Source of the DNA: Rhina ancylostomus
Taxonomy: Eukaryota
NCBI GenBank assembly: GCA_030265395.1
Contig: JARFYF010000084.1
Location: 105,317,706 to 105,381,705, forward strand
Direction: 5' to 3'
DNA: 64,000 bases
The position numbers were made by a program, and so were the translations under genes. Shown piece by piece: positions 38,026 through 50,339 of this stretch (position 1 is the stretch's first letter; each line of letters starts with the position of its first letter). Below the pieces are notes generated by a model. It had not been told where the DNA came from, searched no databases, and was given only the letters and a program-made list of their open reading frames with translations.

Positions 38026-38494
38026 AGTTGTCAGCAATCTGTTCTCCAACAGATTATTTTGAATCTTGAAGATCCATCCTGGAGCAGTGGAAGTGGGGGT
38101 TTATATAACAAAACTGTCCTCTCTCAATAATGACAGCATTGAAGATACCATCACTGTCACTCCACCAGTACTCTTGATATTGTCTGTCAGCTGCCCTGCC
38201 CAGGCGACTGTTGCTCAAATTGACACGATGTCATCAAGGCCAAGAAGTCATCTTGCAAGGTCAAGTCCAGTGTCTTCCACTGAAGACTAGCTGCTTTCCA
38301 TCAGCCATGCTGCGGCAACCTCATTAGCTTTGGTTGGGAGCACAAAGATAGCCAAACACAGATGGAAGGAACTAAACGAATGTGCACAAGTGGTTGATAT
38401 TAGTATGATTTCATTCTTCCTTCTCCTGTTCCTGATTTTATAGTTGTTGTAAAAGCCATTGCTCATGATGGCAAAAGTTGTGCATCATGTAACA

Positions 38495-39340
38495 GAGCAT
38501 CAGGGATCTTGGCATCTGAGTACAGTAAAGCTCTGAGAATGATCCAGACAATATAAATCAGGTTTTGCGTGGCAGCATGGCTTTCATTGTATGGATGTCT
38601 ATATGCATGGGTAGCAACCCAGAACCATCAGGTTTTTGTTATTTAGTATTCCCCATTTGGTTTGCCTAATGGCTCAGCTGCCACAACATATTTCTGCAGA
38701 ACCACAACATATTTCTGCAGAACAATGCAACGTAGCTATTGCCAAGATACCAGTTTTTAACTAATAAGATGAACATTTGGATGTTGGGGGAATAGAGTCC
38801 CTTTCTGTTCTGGTATACAGCAGAGTTGGGTGCAAAATCTACGAAGTGATATATCTGTAGACAGTAGCACCTTCTAACATGAGGAATCCTCAACTCCCAA
38901 TAAAGCTCTGTGCTCTCTCAGCCCACAGTTGTCTGGTAAGAATGAAATGCAGTTAGCTCTCTTTGAATTAGGGTGACCAATATGTACTTCATTCATAACA
39001 TGTTGTGGATAGGGCTTGTTTTGCATTGTCGGGATGAATTCTGACAGCTCCTGGAAGTTCTCACTCCAAAGTAAGTTCCAATTAATTTGGAGGTGAGCCT
39101 CTGACCACAAAATCCTAAGCATCTGCATTTGTTGAGCCACTGCCAGACTGTGCCTCAAAGTCATTCAGCTTGAAACTAGGCCGGGACTTGATCCTTTCAA
39201 GTTCATGTGCCACTGTCAAGAAATTATTCACGAAAATGGGCAAATTGTACTGATATTGTGGGAGGCACAGGCTGGCAACGCTAGTCCTCCCCCACTCCCT
39301 CCAAGTTCCCTTCCTCCTTCTTCCCTCCTTTGCTCCCACC
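38495..39340 (-). pseudogene. Decayed HARBI1-like PIF/Harbinger DDE transposase
   Basis: Ordered remnant motifs: KRANCISF, IPHVR, YQNRKGLYSPNIQ (compare NRKGFHSLNVQ), YLGNSY (compare YPGSSHD), YNESHAAT at 38568-38591, and CLDHS (compare CLDRSGG). Confidence 0.8.
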
Positions 39341-39766
39341 TCCCTCTCTATACATTCTCACTTTTTCCCATTTCTTATGCTTTTCTTCCGTCCCTCTCCT
39401 CCCTCCTATTTCCCACATTCAGCAATGTCTGGCTAAGCTACATCCCTGATCTGGCAAATATTTGACCTCTGCAATTGGAACTCATTGCCATGGACAGAGC
39501 TTGATCCTTGCTGTGCAGAGCTTTCCAGCTATTCTTGAGTCCCTCCTGGGAGAACCGTTGCAAGTGAAGTTTCCTTTTGATTTGCAGTGCGTAGATTTCT
39601 GGGAGTGTTCAGTTCTCCCTGGTAAATGCAAAATCCTGGTTAATGAGACTTTTCTGGCTTGGTGTTTGACCTTTGTAGCTTGATGCCTAGCTCGAGAAAA
39701 TTATAAGTGAAAGAAGACACCCCTTACTGACCTTTTAAGGAACCATCTATATTCCAGAGAGTCTGA

Positions 39767-40330
39767 TCCCCTCCATGGACTCTGTCTATACTTCTTGCTG
39801 CCTCAGTAAAGCAGCCAGCATAATCAAAGACCCCACCCACCCTGGACATTCTCTCTTCTCCCCTCTCCCATTGGGCAGAAGATANNNNNNNNNNNNNNNN
39901 NNNNNNNNNNNNNNNNNNNNNNNNNNNNNNNNNNNNNNNNNNNNNNNNNNNNNNNNNNNNNNNNNNNNNNNNNNNNNNNNNNNNCCCTTCTCCACCCCCC
40001 ATTGGGTAGCAGGTACAAAAGCCCGAAAGCATGTACCACCAGGCTCAAGGACAGCTTCTGTCCAGCTGCAATAAGACCATTCAACGGTCCCCTAGTACAG
40101 TAAGATGGACTCTTGACCTCACAATCTACCTCGTTATTACCTTCCACCTTATTGTCTACCTGCAATGTACTTTCTCTGTAGCTGTTACACTTTATTCTGC
40201 ATTCTGTTGTTTTTTTACCTTGTACTACCTCAATGCACTGTGTAATGAATTGATCTGTATGGTCAGTATGCAAGACAAGTTTTTCACTGTACCTCGGTAC
40301 AAGTGACAATAATAAACCAATACCAATTCC
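39767..40330 (+). mobile_element. Rex1/Babar-like LINE 3' fragment (gap inside)
   Basis: DSVYTSCCLSKAASIIKDPTHPGHSLFSPLPLGRR plus the full tail. Confidence 0.9.
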
Positions 40331-40689
40331 ATTTAAATTAAGGCAAGTGCCATACATCAAGGGGCTGTTGGCAACTGTACTTGGAATAGAAAGCTATAAT
40401 AATCTCCTATACACAACAATGGATGCCAAACCACAAGATAAAGGAAATATTTCCCATCCAATCTGGAAGGAGCTGGTATTTTTACTTTATTAATCTGTGT
40501 TGATATTTTTGTCTATATGAACCATCCAGTCTAATTAACTAATAGTTCACTTCCTATGGCCAGTCTTCATAAAATTTAGAGAGTCATTCTTGCCCTGTGG
40601 GATAAAAAGGGGAAAAATACAGAACAACCAACAAACTGAGCCAATGTCACAGATCGGCAACTGATACTGTCAGAGAAGTCAAGTTACCT

Positions 40690-41320
40690 GGAGTTGTCAA
40701 ATTCAATACCGAGACCAGAAAGCTGCAACGTGCTCAGGCAGAAGGTGAGTTGCTGTTTCTCATGTTTGCCTTGAGCCTCATTGTTAAATACAGGAGGCCA
40801 CAGGCTAGCAGGTCAGAGTGGAAGTGGGATGAAGAATTAAAATGGCAGGCCTGCAGACCTGACACAGGAGCTCTGCAAAGTGGTCACCCAACCTGCATTT
40901 GGTTTTTCCAGTGTAGAGGAGGCCATATTGCAAACATTGAATATCACTTTTTTTCCCCCACTAGAAGTGGAGGACAAGCCCATCCTGACCTGCCGGTCAC
41001 GTCTTCCTGCTCTGCATTCTGCAACTCCTACATTCCTTTGTCTGCATTCTCACTCTCTGAGTGCTCCCATTCACTCATTGACCAGTAAACCTTGGTTACA
41101 GCTTATCCCATGGTCACCCTGGTTTTACCCCATCAAAGGCATCCCCCTGCCCCACCCTCCCTGCAGCTTAACAATCTTCTTCTTGTCTCCTTCCCAGTTC
41201 TGAGAGAAGGTCTTTGAACTGAAACATTAGCTCTGTTTTTCCTCCCAAACCTGCTGAATATTTCCAGCATTTTCTGTATTTATCTTAGATTTCTAGAACC
41301 TGCAGGTATTTTTTTTGATT
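40690..41320. mobile_element. Penelope-like element remnant: GIY-YIG endonuclease fragment (minus, 40690-40945) plus terminal repeat (plus)
   Basis: Minus-strand IQCLQYGLLYTGKTKCRLGDHFAE and ACHFNSSSHFHSDL...NEAQGKHEKQQLTFCLSTLQ resemble the PLE GIY-YIG C-terminus. Confidence 0.75.
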
Positions 41321-42227
41321 TTCCCCTAAAGTTTTAACTGAATTACAGCAATGCATTTGCAGGTTTAATTTCTTGTCTGTATTTTTGTATTTCACAGTTA
41401 GTATGCTGAAATACCATTTGAAATAATAGCCATGCTTTTGAACAGTGCACACTTCTCTTTTTAAATGTAATTCGTTGAGAATGAATCACCGCCGTATCAT
41501 GCTGCCAGCAAAAATGACCCAAAAATGCACGTAGGTTTATAAACTTCAGTAGGCAAAACACAGCTGGAGCTTATCATATTTACATTAGATCATTAGTAAT
41601 TTAGTCGCAATACATTCATTAAGTTGCAAAGTTAAATGACAATTCATGAAACAAATATATGTGAAAAGAATTAAATGATGAACCATTCCTCTGGGCAAGC
41701 TTGAGTCAATTTAATTTCCATTGTTCCCCACTGTAATGTAAAATTATTTCATATTCCATTTTATAAATTGTTTCTCCCCACTTGGGAAATACAGTTACTC
41801 ATATAAATGTACCAACTATAACCAAGGGAGTCACCTGATGAACTGCTGTTGGAATTTTGTCTATGTCACTGTATATTAGTGATCCTATACCCTATTTTTT
41901 TTGCTTTCCAGTGTTGAAGTTCTTTAATCGCTGCAATGTGCTTCTTTGACATAGCACCCAAGAGGATGGTAACTCTCATATGGGATTAGTGTGAATGGAC
42001 AAAGTGGATGTGGTGAGCCAAAGGGCCCACTTTTGTGCTATACAACTCTGATTCTATGACTCGTGTTGAATATCACTGCCTTACTACATTCCTTAAAACA
42101 GGATATTTGTACTCTCCAAAAATTCAGTTGCTACCACTGCTACTGCTCATCATTTACTTAACAATGGTATTGCACCATTTTGCTTCTGTGTATAATTAAT
42201 AGGAAAAGAAAATAAATAATTATATTT

Positions 42228-42502
42228 AGAACCATAGAACCATACAGCACAATACAGGCCCTTCGGCCCACCATGTTGTGTTGCCTTTCAAACCACACCT
42301 AAGACTATCTAACACCTTCCTCCCACATATCCCATTATCTTAAATTCCTCCATATGCCTATCCAACAATCTCTTGAACTTGACCAACATACCAGCCTCCA
42401 CCACCACCCAGGCAGCACATTCCATGCCCCAACCACGCTCTGGGTGAAAATCCTCCCTCTGACATCTCCCTTGAACTTTCCACCTATTATTTTAAAGCCA
42501 TG
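42228..42502 (-). mobile_element. CR1 3' end
   Basis: tagaaccatagaaccatacagcacaatacaggcccttcggccc... microsatellite-tailed CR1 end; FFTQSVVGAWNVLPG. Confidence 0.88.
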
Positions 42503-43073
42503 TTCGTGAGCCATGATATATTTCTGTTCTATACCAGGAAATCATGCACATGAAACAAAAAGGTATTGCTTTCCTTCTTCCCCTCTCCTCTTCCCCATCC
42601 AGTTACCTATTCCCTGCCAATGACATTGTCTGCTTTCTGCTGGGATACAAGATGGGATTGGGGGTAAAATATATGTACATTTTTACACATTTTCCTGTTT
42701 AGTATTCCAGAGGCAAGAGATCAAATCCCACAGAAGCAGAAACGTTAATGATGACCAACAAACCTATCTGGATTTCTCATATCTTTTAGGGAAGGAGCTA
42801 CACTATTCCTACCCAGTTGGGCTTAAATGTACCTCAAGACCAAATACAATGTGGCTGATTTTTATGTCCTCTGAAAGATTTGAACGCCATTCAATTCAAG
42901 GTCAATTGGATCAATAAATGCTGGTCTTTCTAGTGGTGTCCAAATCCTGTCAATGAATTTAAAAATATTACAATGGCCATTATTCTCTAGTGAAGCTATA
43001 ACATTGAATGACATGTGTGCTACAAGCAAAAGAAGTATGCAATGCGCAGAGCTAAGTAATTTCCCTCAACCAA

Positions 43074-43280
43074 TGGTATTTGTATTGGTATATTATTGTC
43101 ACTTGTACAGTGGAAAATCTTGTCTTACAAATCAATCATACAGGTCAATTCATTACATAGTGCTGATACATTGAGTTAGTACAGAGTGCATTGATGTAGT
43201 ACAGGTAAAAACAATAACAGTACAGTAAAGTGTCACAGCTACAGAGAAAGTGCAGTGCAATAAGGTGCAAGGTCACAACA
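43074..43280 (-). mobile_element. Rex1/Babar-like 3' tail
   Basis: Same family as 31424 and 36578. Confidence 0.85.
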
Positions 43281-46139
43281 AAAGATAGGTCACCCTGCCA
43301 CTAATCGTGAATTACATAACCAATGGGAGAAGATGCCTCTGGTAAAAGGATGGCTGAAGCTTTTGCAAATATCTTAAGCTAGAAATGTCAAGTATATATT
43401 CAGTCAAGTTGTCTTTGTCACTGGCTGTTCCTACATTTCTCTGAGGTACTGACCCACTGAAACATTCTTCTTCCTGGATGAGTCAATGTGACTACACTTA
43501 TGTCTGGTTCTAAGATCTGAAGCTCAAGTAATTTCTGGGGAAATGCATCAGGGTTGGCAGGAAGAAGCAAAATTGCATTGTAAATCGGATTGCTGGTTGT
43601 ATGGGAATGACTGGGAAAATAGCCCAACCACCATCCTAACCACTTTGCCTATGCTATTCCCACTGGGCAGATATAAAGGTAAATTCATTGGTAAGTTTGT
43701 ATTCTTATAAATTCACATCTCAAAGAGTTCTGCTTTGTTTTAAAACTTGCACCAAGTTACCATTTAAAATAAAATTCCACTAGGGAATATTTTCACTCTG
43801 TTCCCACCCCACTTCATGCTACCTGGTTATTGTAGTAAATACCAGAATAGAACTGTTAGGGGCCTTGTGCAGACAAAATATTTAAATGTTTTTTTCTGAG
43901 ATCAGGGGTGGTGTTGGTGTCTCACTATGCCCAACTGCTGCCTTCCATGACAAGTGTGAATTCAAGTGAAGAAGATCTGTGGTCTATGACATGCACAAAA
44001 AAAACTGAAGACTAAACCCAAATCTTAAAATGAGTGGAACTGCAAATCAAGCCCAAATTCAGCTGGATATCCCTTGCTTTTTCCCATGAATGCATTTTAT
44101 AAAGATTGCAATTCTACAGCGTAATAACTTACATTTGCTTTACTAGGTGTAAAGACTTTAAGGCCAGTGTAAATATAAAACAGACTCCAATAGGTCAACA
44201 AACATTATGACTGTTCAGGTCCTGGACAATAATTCAAGTTCTTACAGTTTTCTACAGTAGCTGCTTTATAGCCAATGTCTTTTCACATCAGGAAAGCTGT
44301 CACATGTAGACACACACATGGACCACCGTTTTCTTGCTGTGTTTGGCAAGTTTGGCAGTCTATGTTATACAATGGAACAAGGTTTAAAATGGAAAATATT
44401 CTCCAATGGANNNNNNNNNNACATTGTTGTAACAGCAGAGGAAACTGAAAGCTGATCCAAGATACCTCACACTGTGAGTTGGCACTTGGAGATTGTAATT
44501 TGAAAGCTTCATACACAGAAAAGACATATTCAATAGCTAAGCTTTTGTTATTTAGTGAACCGCTGACATTACATAACATCTTTAGTTAAAACACTTTTGA
44601 CAACTAATCTTTGTTCTACATAATCCTTGTGAACCTTGATACCCAGCATAGGAACCACTGATGAATATCTGTAATTATCCTCCAGCGTTTATATAAAAAG
44701 AACCCTGTAAAATACTCATTATAGTTTGGCTGTGTATAATAACTACCTTACTGAAGAGAACAGACTAGCATTAACAAAAACAGAAGAACTTAGCCAGTCA
44801 GGCAGCATCTGTGGAAAGAGAAAACGGTCAATGTCTCAGGATGAAGACCCTTCATCATTGCTTTCCAGAATGGTGATAATTTAAATCCAGAAGGTATACT
44901 ATCAGAAAACTGATTTCCTATAAATAATGGTGTTTCCACATTAAAATAGATTGGTTACAATACAAAGTTCTTATCTTTAAATGGGTCATAAACAAATTGG
45001 TTCGATTAAATTAAGTGCACTGTAGCTTACTAATGCTAACAAATTAGACCTCACTCAATATGCAAAATTTCTATTCATAAACCTAATGTCAGCTAATTAC
45101 TCTGAAGAGCCTGGTTCTGTCAGCTATGTTGTGCTAATTCAGCTCCTCAAAATCTGAATAATTTTCTCAAAATCATTTAGAACCTAAAGAAGAATTATTT
45201 TTTCATTGTTTGAAACCCAAACCACTGCTAACCTTCTCATCTTCTACATTTTCCAATCTACAAATAAAGCTTTAGGTCTTGATCTGTTTGCCAAAATAAT
45301 GCTAAATTAGCACTGCAAACATCAAAATCAGACCTTTGGTAACTACAGCTTGGCCTAATTTTCTATTCAGTCTGTGTTTAATCTCTATTCATTNNNNNNN
45401 NNNNNNNNNNNNNNNNNNNNNNNNNNNNNNNNNNNNNNNNNNNNNNNNNNNNNNNNNNNNNNNNNNNNNNNNNNNNNNNNNNNNNNNNNNNNNCTATTCA
45501 TTATTAACAAGCATTTATAATGTGACCCTGACAGCCTGCTACTGCTGTGATAAATTATCTGACTCGAGTCCGATTAAAAAATGCAAACCTGAGTGCTAAT
45601 TATCCCAACAGACCTGCTTAATAAGAGGATTCTTTGTCAATTATCGCATCACCGCATGTGTGTCACTTGTAAAGAATACCCAGGATCTACTATAAAGACA
45701 AGATTCCCATAATGCTCTCTTACCTAGCATATGTAAAGCTGAGTGTTTCTGTATCTTTTGTGATCTTTTATTAGTGGAGCTGACAAAATGATAAAGCTAA
45801 GAACAGTAAAACTCCCACCAAAATATGATTATGCATTACAAACTTAGGTAACTGGAAATTGCCAGGAAATCAACATAATATCGTATTAACACTGAACTTT
45901 TATCTGACACGCTTTAATAATAGCTTCCAATCGTCACCTCAGCAAAAGGGTCATACATTCCCTTCAAGTTACCCGACATTTTTTCTGATCCACTCAGAGG
46001 GAGACCAGTTTTATTGGCAACATTGTACAAGCTTTAGTAAAGCAGAGATCATATTTTTCTATTCTACAGGTGGATTAATGATGCTAAAAACTCATTTTAA
46101 CACCGTAAGCTAAAAAGGAAAGACTTATTTATTTGTCTT

Positions 46140-46880
46140 TTTTCAAGAGTCCCTCGGGATCGAGGATGATTTTCTTCTACTCCGGTCCTGGAGGATTTGA
46201 GGTGGGTGATGAGGCCAATGTGGGAGCTCAGATTCTCCCACAGGTGAGGGAGGAAATGTTTGACAGGATGGGGAGGTGAGTAGTTTGGGAAGTGATATGC
46301 TTCTTCTGCCATTTATGCTGAGCTTGTGCGTGATCTCAACTAATGGATTTGGGGTTCTCATGCCATCCTGGATTCTGCTGCTCCATTTTGATTGGTTGCT
46401 GGCCAGGGATTCCCATAGGTCACTGTTTCAAGGAGGCTTTCAGAACATCCTTCAATCTTTTCTTTTGTCCATCTCTTGCCATGATGAAGTTCAGAGCNNN
46501 NNNNNNNNNNNNNNNNNNNNNNNNNNNNNNNNNNNNNNNNNNNNNNNNNNNNNNNNNNNNNNNNNNNNNNNNNNNNNNNNNNNNNNNNNNNNNNNNNNNN
46601 NNNNNNNNNNNNNNNNNNNNNNNNGGTCAGGCAACATCTATGGTGGCAAATGGACAGTCAATGTTTTGGGTCGAGACCCTTCATCTGAACTGCAATTAGA
46701 ACCCCAATACTGAAGATGTTGGGCTGGGAGAGGATGCTGATGATGGTATACTTATTCTGCTAATTGATTTGGAGGATTTTGCAGAGATGACGTTGATGAT
46801 ATCTCTTCAGTGTTTTGAGATGCCTGAGAAGTGCACAGGATGGCAGGGACCTTGGCTGCTGGGTGGACCACGCCAATAAT
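46140..46880 (-). mobile_element. RTE-clade LINE 3' remnant, interrupted by a gap and a Penelope-derived piece
   Basis: RYHQRHLCKILQIN and GQKKRLKDVLKASLK; homologous to 51040-51650. Confidence 0.75.
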
Positions 46881-47327
46881 TACCAGGGTATTTTTAAGTG
46901 TAGTAACTGTTGTACAGTAAAAAAGCATGGAGTTCCCACAACTAGGAACGAAAATGACCAGACAATTTGTTTAAGTTATATTAGTTGAGGAATAAATGTT
47001 GGCCAGGTTATTCAATATTACTCAGACACGTGACAAAAGGGCATATAAGAATGTTTTACATTTTGTAGATTCCTTGTTTATTAAAGACTATATATCTGTA
47101 CACTTCTTCCAAAATACTATCTATTCTAACATAGCTTATGCATTATTTGTGCACAGAAGTGATTGAAGTACATGTTAAAATATGGTATCCTCCCTTCCTG
47201 AATGGTAGTTCTCAAAAAAGTCACAACACACAAATTCAAAGCTTATGGCTTCATGATTCCCCTCTTCCTACATAAGAGGGGGAACAATGTGGATTGTTGT
47301 AAGACTATTTCCAATTCTTTTATCTAC

Positions 47328-47590
47328 AAGACTATCAGATAGAGAAGCAGAATTAGGCCATTTAGCCTATTGAGTCTGGTCTGCCTTTCGATCATGGCTG
47401 ATTTATTTTTCCCTCTCAACCCCATTCTCTTGCTTTCTCCCTATAACCTTTGGTGCCCTTACTAATCAAGAACCTATCAACCTCCGCTTTAAATATACCC
47501 AATGACTTGGCATCCACAGACGTCTGTGGCAATGAATTCCACAAATTCACCACCCTCTGGCTAAAGAAATTCTTCGTCATCTCAGTTCAA
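47328..47590 (-). mobile_element. CR1 3' end
   Basis: Reverse complement gives NFFSQRVVNLWNSLPQ plus tail. Confidence 0.88.
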
Positions 47591-48231
47591 GGAATGACAA
47601 GGAAACAAACTCAAATATCATCAATTTATTCATAAGAGATTGCTGATTTCTTAGGAAGTAGGTTCTATTAATTTCTTTTCTCTCAGTTGCACAACCTCCA
47701 AGTCAGTGACTTGGAAGAAACAGCCAGTCCTTGTGTACTGTAGAACTTACTGAGTTTCATGAGACCGGCACAAAAATTAACTTGAGACTATATAGGGCGT
47801 GATAGATCCCTACTCACAGATAAGGATTACGTCAAGCCAACAATGATAATCTTCAAGTTTGGTGCCTAAACACAATGGATTGCAACAATTTTTCTCTGAT
47901 GATTATTGGGAAGAAGGGTAATCGTCAGTGGCAGGAGGGGGGGAAGGTTTGGGTAAAGCATGTGAGGTTCACATGGACACTCTCTTCTCCTGACCCACAA
48001 AGAAATCCAAAATAAAACATTAATAGCACGCATTAAGATCTTTTGCATGATCCATTTCCCAACGTCTGGTTAACAGAGAAATCATTTCCAAATCCTCGCT
48101 TAGGTTTCTATCAAATTTCGAATGGATGTTGATGAAATTTTCAGGACGGATCCAAGAATGTTAAGGGGTATTCTGGAGAGATAGAATCATTTCATAAGGA
48201 AGGAGTCACCCTTACAATAGCTAGGAGACAC

Positions 48232-48440
48232 TAGAGACTGCAGATGCTGGAGGAACTCAGTGGGTTGAGCAGCAGCTATGGAAGGAAATAGACAGTCGAT
48301 GCTTCGGGTTGAGACCCTTCATCAGGACTGGGAAGAAAGAGGGCAAATAGCCATTAGAAAAGGTGGGGGGGAAGGGGTGGAGCATTTCCCCCCATTGATG
48401 CTGCCAAACCCACTGAGTTCCTCCAGTGCTTTGTGTATTG
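48232..48440. mobile_element. Penelope-derived palindromic element
   Basis: Perfect 20-bp inverted repeat ctggaggaactcagtgggtt (48247-48266) and aacccactgagttcctccag (48407-48426). Confidence 0.75.
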
Positions 48441-48539
48441 CATACAATATCTAGGTTTGTTTTATTATTACACAAATCATGTAATAAATACTTTATGAAA
48501 ATATCATGTCCCAGGTACATTACAGCTACAACCGATATC

Positions 48540-48838
48540 ATATTTTTCATTAGCATTTGGCCCATCAAATCTTTTAGAGCATTCATTTGTTTAATTCCCC
48601 CACTTACTTTGCTGTAGCCTATTCTTTCTCATGTGCTCATCAACTTCCTGTCATTCCCTGACTGTTCACATACACTTGGGAAATTTATAGTAGCCAATTA
48701 ACCCAGCAGCATGTCCTTGGGAAGTGCTCACAGGGAAAACATACAAACTCGACAAAGTAAGCAATCCTGACTCAAGGTCAGGATCGAACCTAGGTTCCTG
48801 GAGCTGTGCAGCAACACTGAATGTGCCACTGTGCTGCC
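48540..48838 (-). mobile_element. Degenerate V-type SINE
   Basis: tagccaattaaccc...cacagggaaaacatacaaactc...caggatcgaacctaggttcctggagctgtg. Confidence 0.7.
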
Positions 48839-50339
48839 GACATAACTGCTGACAAAGAAATCTCTCAGTATTGACAGTGTAATCCCAATTGCTACCATCA
48901 ATGAAAATGCACTGTTGATGCTTATGACACTGTGTACCCATGGGATCCCTGTGGAAACGCTGCTGCCTGGTCAACAATGTACATGCTGTTGGTGGCAGTC
49001 AATAAAGGATGGCCACCAACAACAGCGACATTTGTGGTACATCAAATTAGAGCCTCCCACAGGCAGCAATTGCAACTACCTTCTTTATCACAATGTTGTT
49101 AAGATTTACACTGCTGTCAAAATCATTCTACTGGGCAAAGGTTGCCGAGGTGCATTGGTACTACTACTCTACATGGGAGAGGTGGGAACAGGAAATGATC
49201 CTTCTTGTAGCAGGGCCAGTGAGTAGCAAAAATGTGCCACTTTACATTTGGTGGACTGAAATGTTCTATTACTCACATCACCAGCAGATGGAGAATGAGA
49301 TGATAAAAAGGAATAGGATGGAGTGTCTCATGGTTGGACAATTACTGGTAATGCTAACTTAGAATTTTTTTGTTTTATGTTGCAATAGTAAATATTAAAA
49401 TTATACAATTATACAGTACTTTTTATCTTAATACAAATGGGAAAATATTAAACAGCATAGATAGAGGGGGAGGGATTCCCAAAATGTGGTCAAGAATTAT
49501 TTATCATCCTCTTTCAAAACCAACAGGGAAGGATTAACTGGATCTAGTCAGAGGGAATGACATGGCGCACATTTAAGTAGGAGAGTATTTGCGAAACAGT
49601 GGACATCCTGTCATTACACATAGAATAGTTATGGAAAAGGATAAAGGAATAAAATGAAAGAGGTCCAGTTTTAAAGAACTGACAAGGGATCTAGCACAAG
49701 TGATTGGAATCAAAGCTTGCCAGGTAAAACTGNNNNNNNNNNCTGCCCATTTCCTCATTTTCTGCTGGTCGACCTGGCTACTTGATCAAATCTACATTCC
49801 AACACCAATAACTTAACCTGGCTTCCCTCCATAGTATCACACCACTTCAAATACAGTAGTATGTATTCTCACCTGTATTACGTTCATACTGAGCTCTCAT
49901 GTACACTGGATTCCTGTTTACTGATATATCATGCAAGAATTTTATTCTTGTTTAGAAATAAATCTATAATTTTTGCTAACTTTGTTTTCATCATCTCCTA
50001 TTGCCTTGCGTCCCTGCAGCTCTGTTCTTTCAGACGTGACTCTCCTACCCTTTGGAATTTTCTTCCCAGTTCCCTTTGCGATGTTGGCTCCCTATTCTCT
50101 TGAAAAATCTCCTCAGAATATCTCTCTTTGATCACACCCCAGGTTTCCACATCTCAGCATGCCCTGTTCTTTCCCTTTTTTCATGCTTAGAGTCCACTTC
50201 CATATTCTGGAGCACCCTGGAAATGCATTTAAAAAAATGAAAGTAAAGTTCAGCAATGAATTTGAAGCAGCAGTTCAATCTCACAGTTATCGTGGCAGTC
50301 ATAAAAAAGTTTCAGCTCTGTTCTTGTGATTTATCACAT

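Larger units (their letters stand above)
35494..38400 (+). pseudogene. Decayed Harbinger accessory (Myb/SANT-like) gene, split by retroelement insertions at 36575-38025
   Basis: MAQSESEQAPR..ALETL start, a TGG...IG...DEG segment, a GT-AG intron at 35766-35892, and an acidic, Ser/Pro/Ala-rich C-terminal part resuming at about 38030. It resembles chondrichthyan Harbinger ORF1 as I recall it. Confidence 0.5.
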
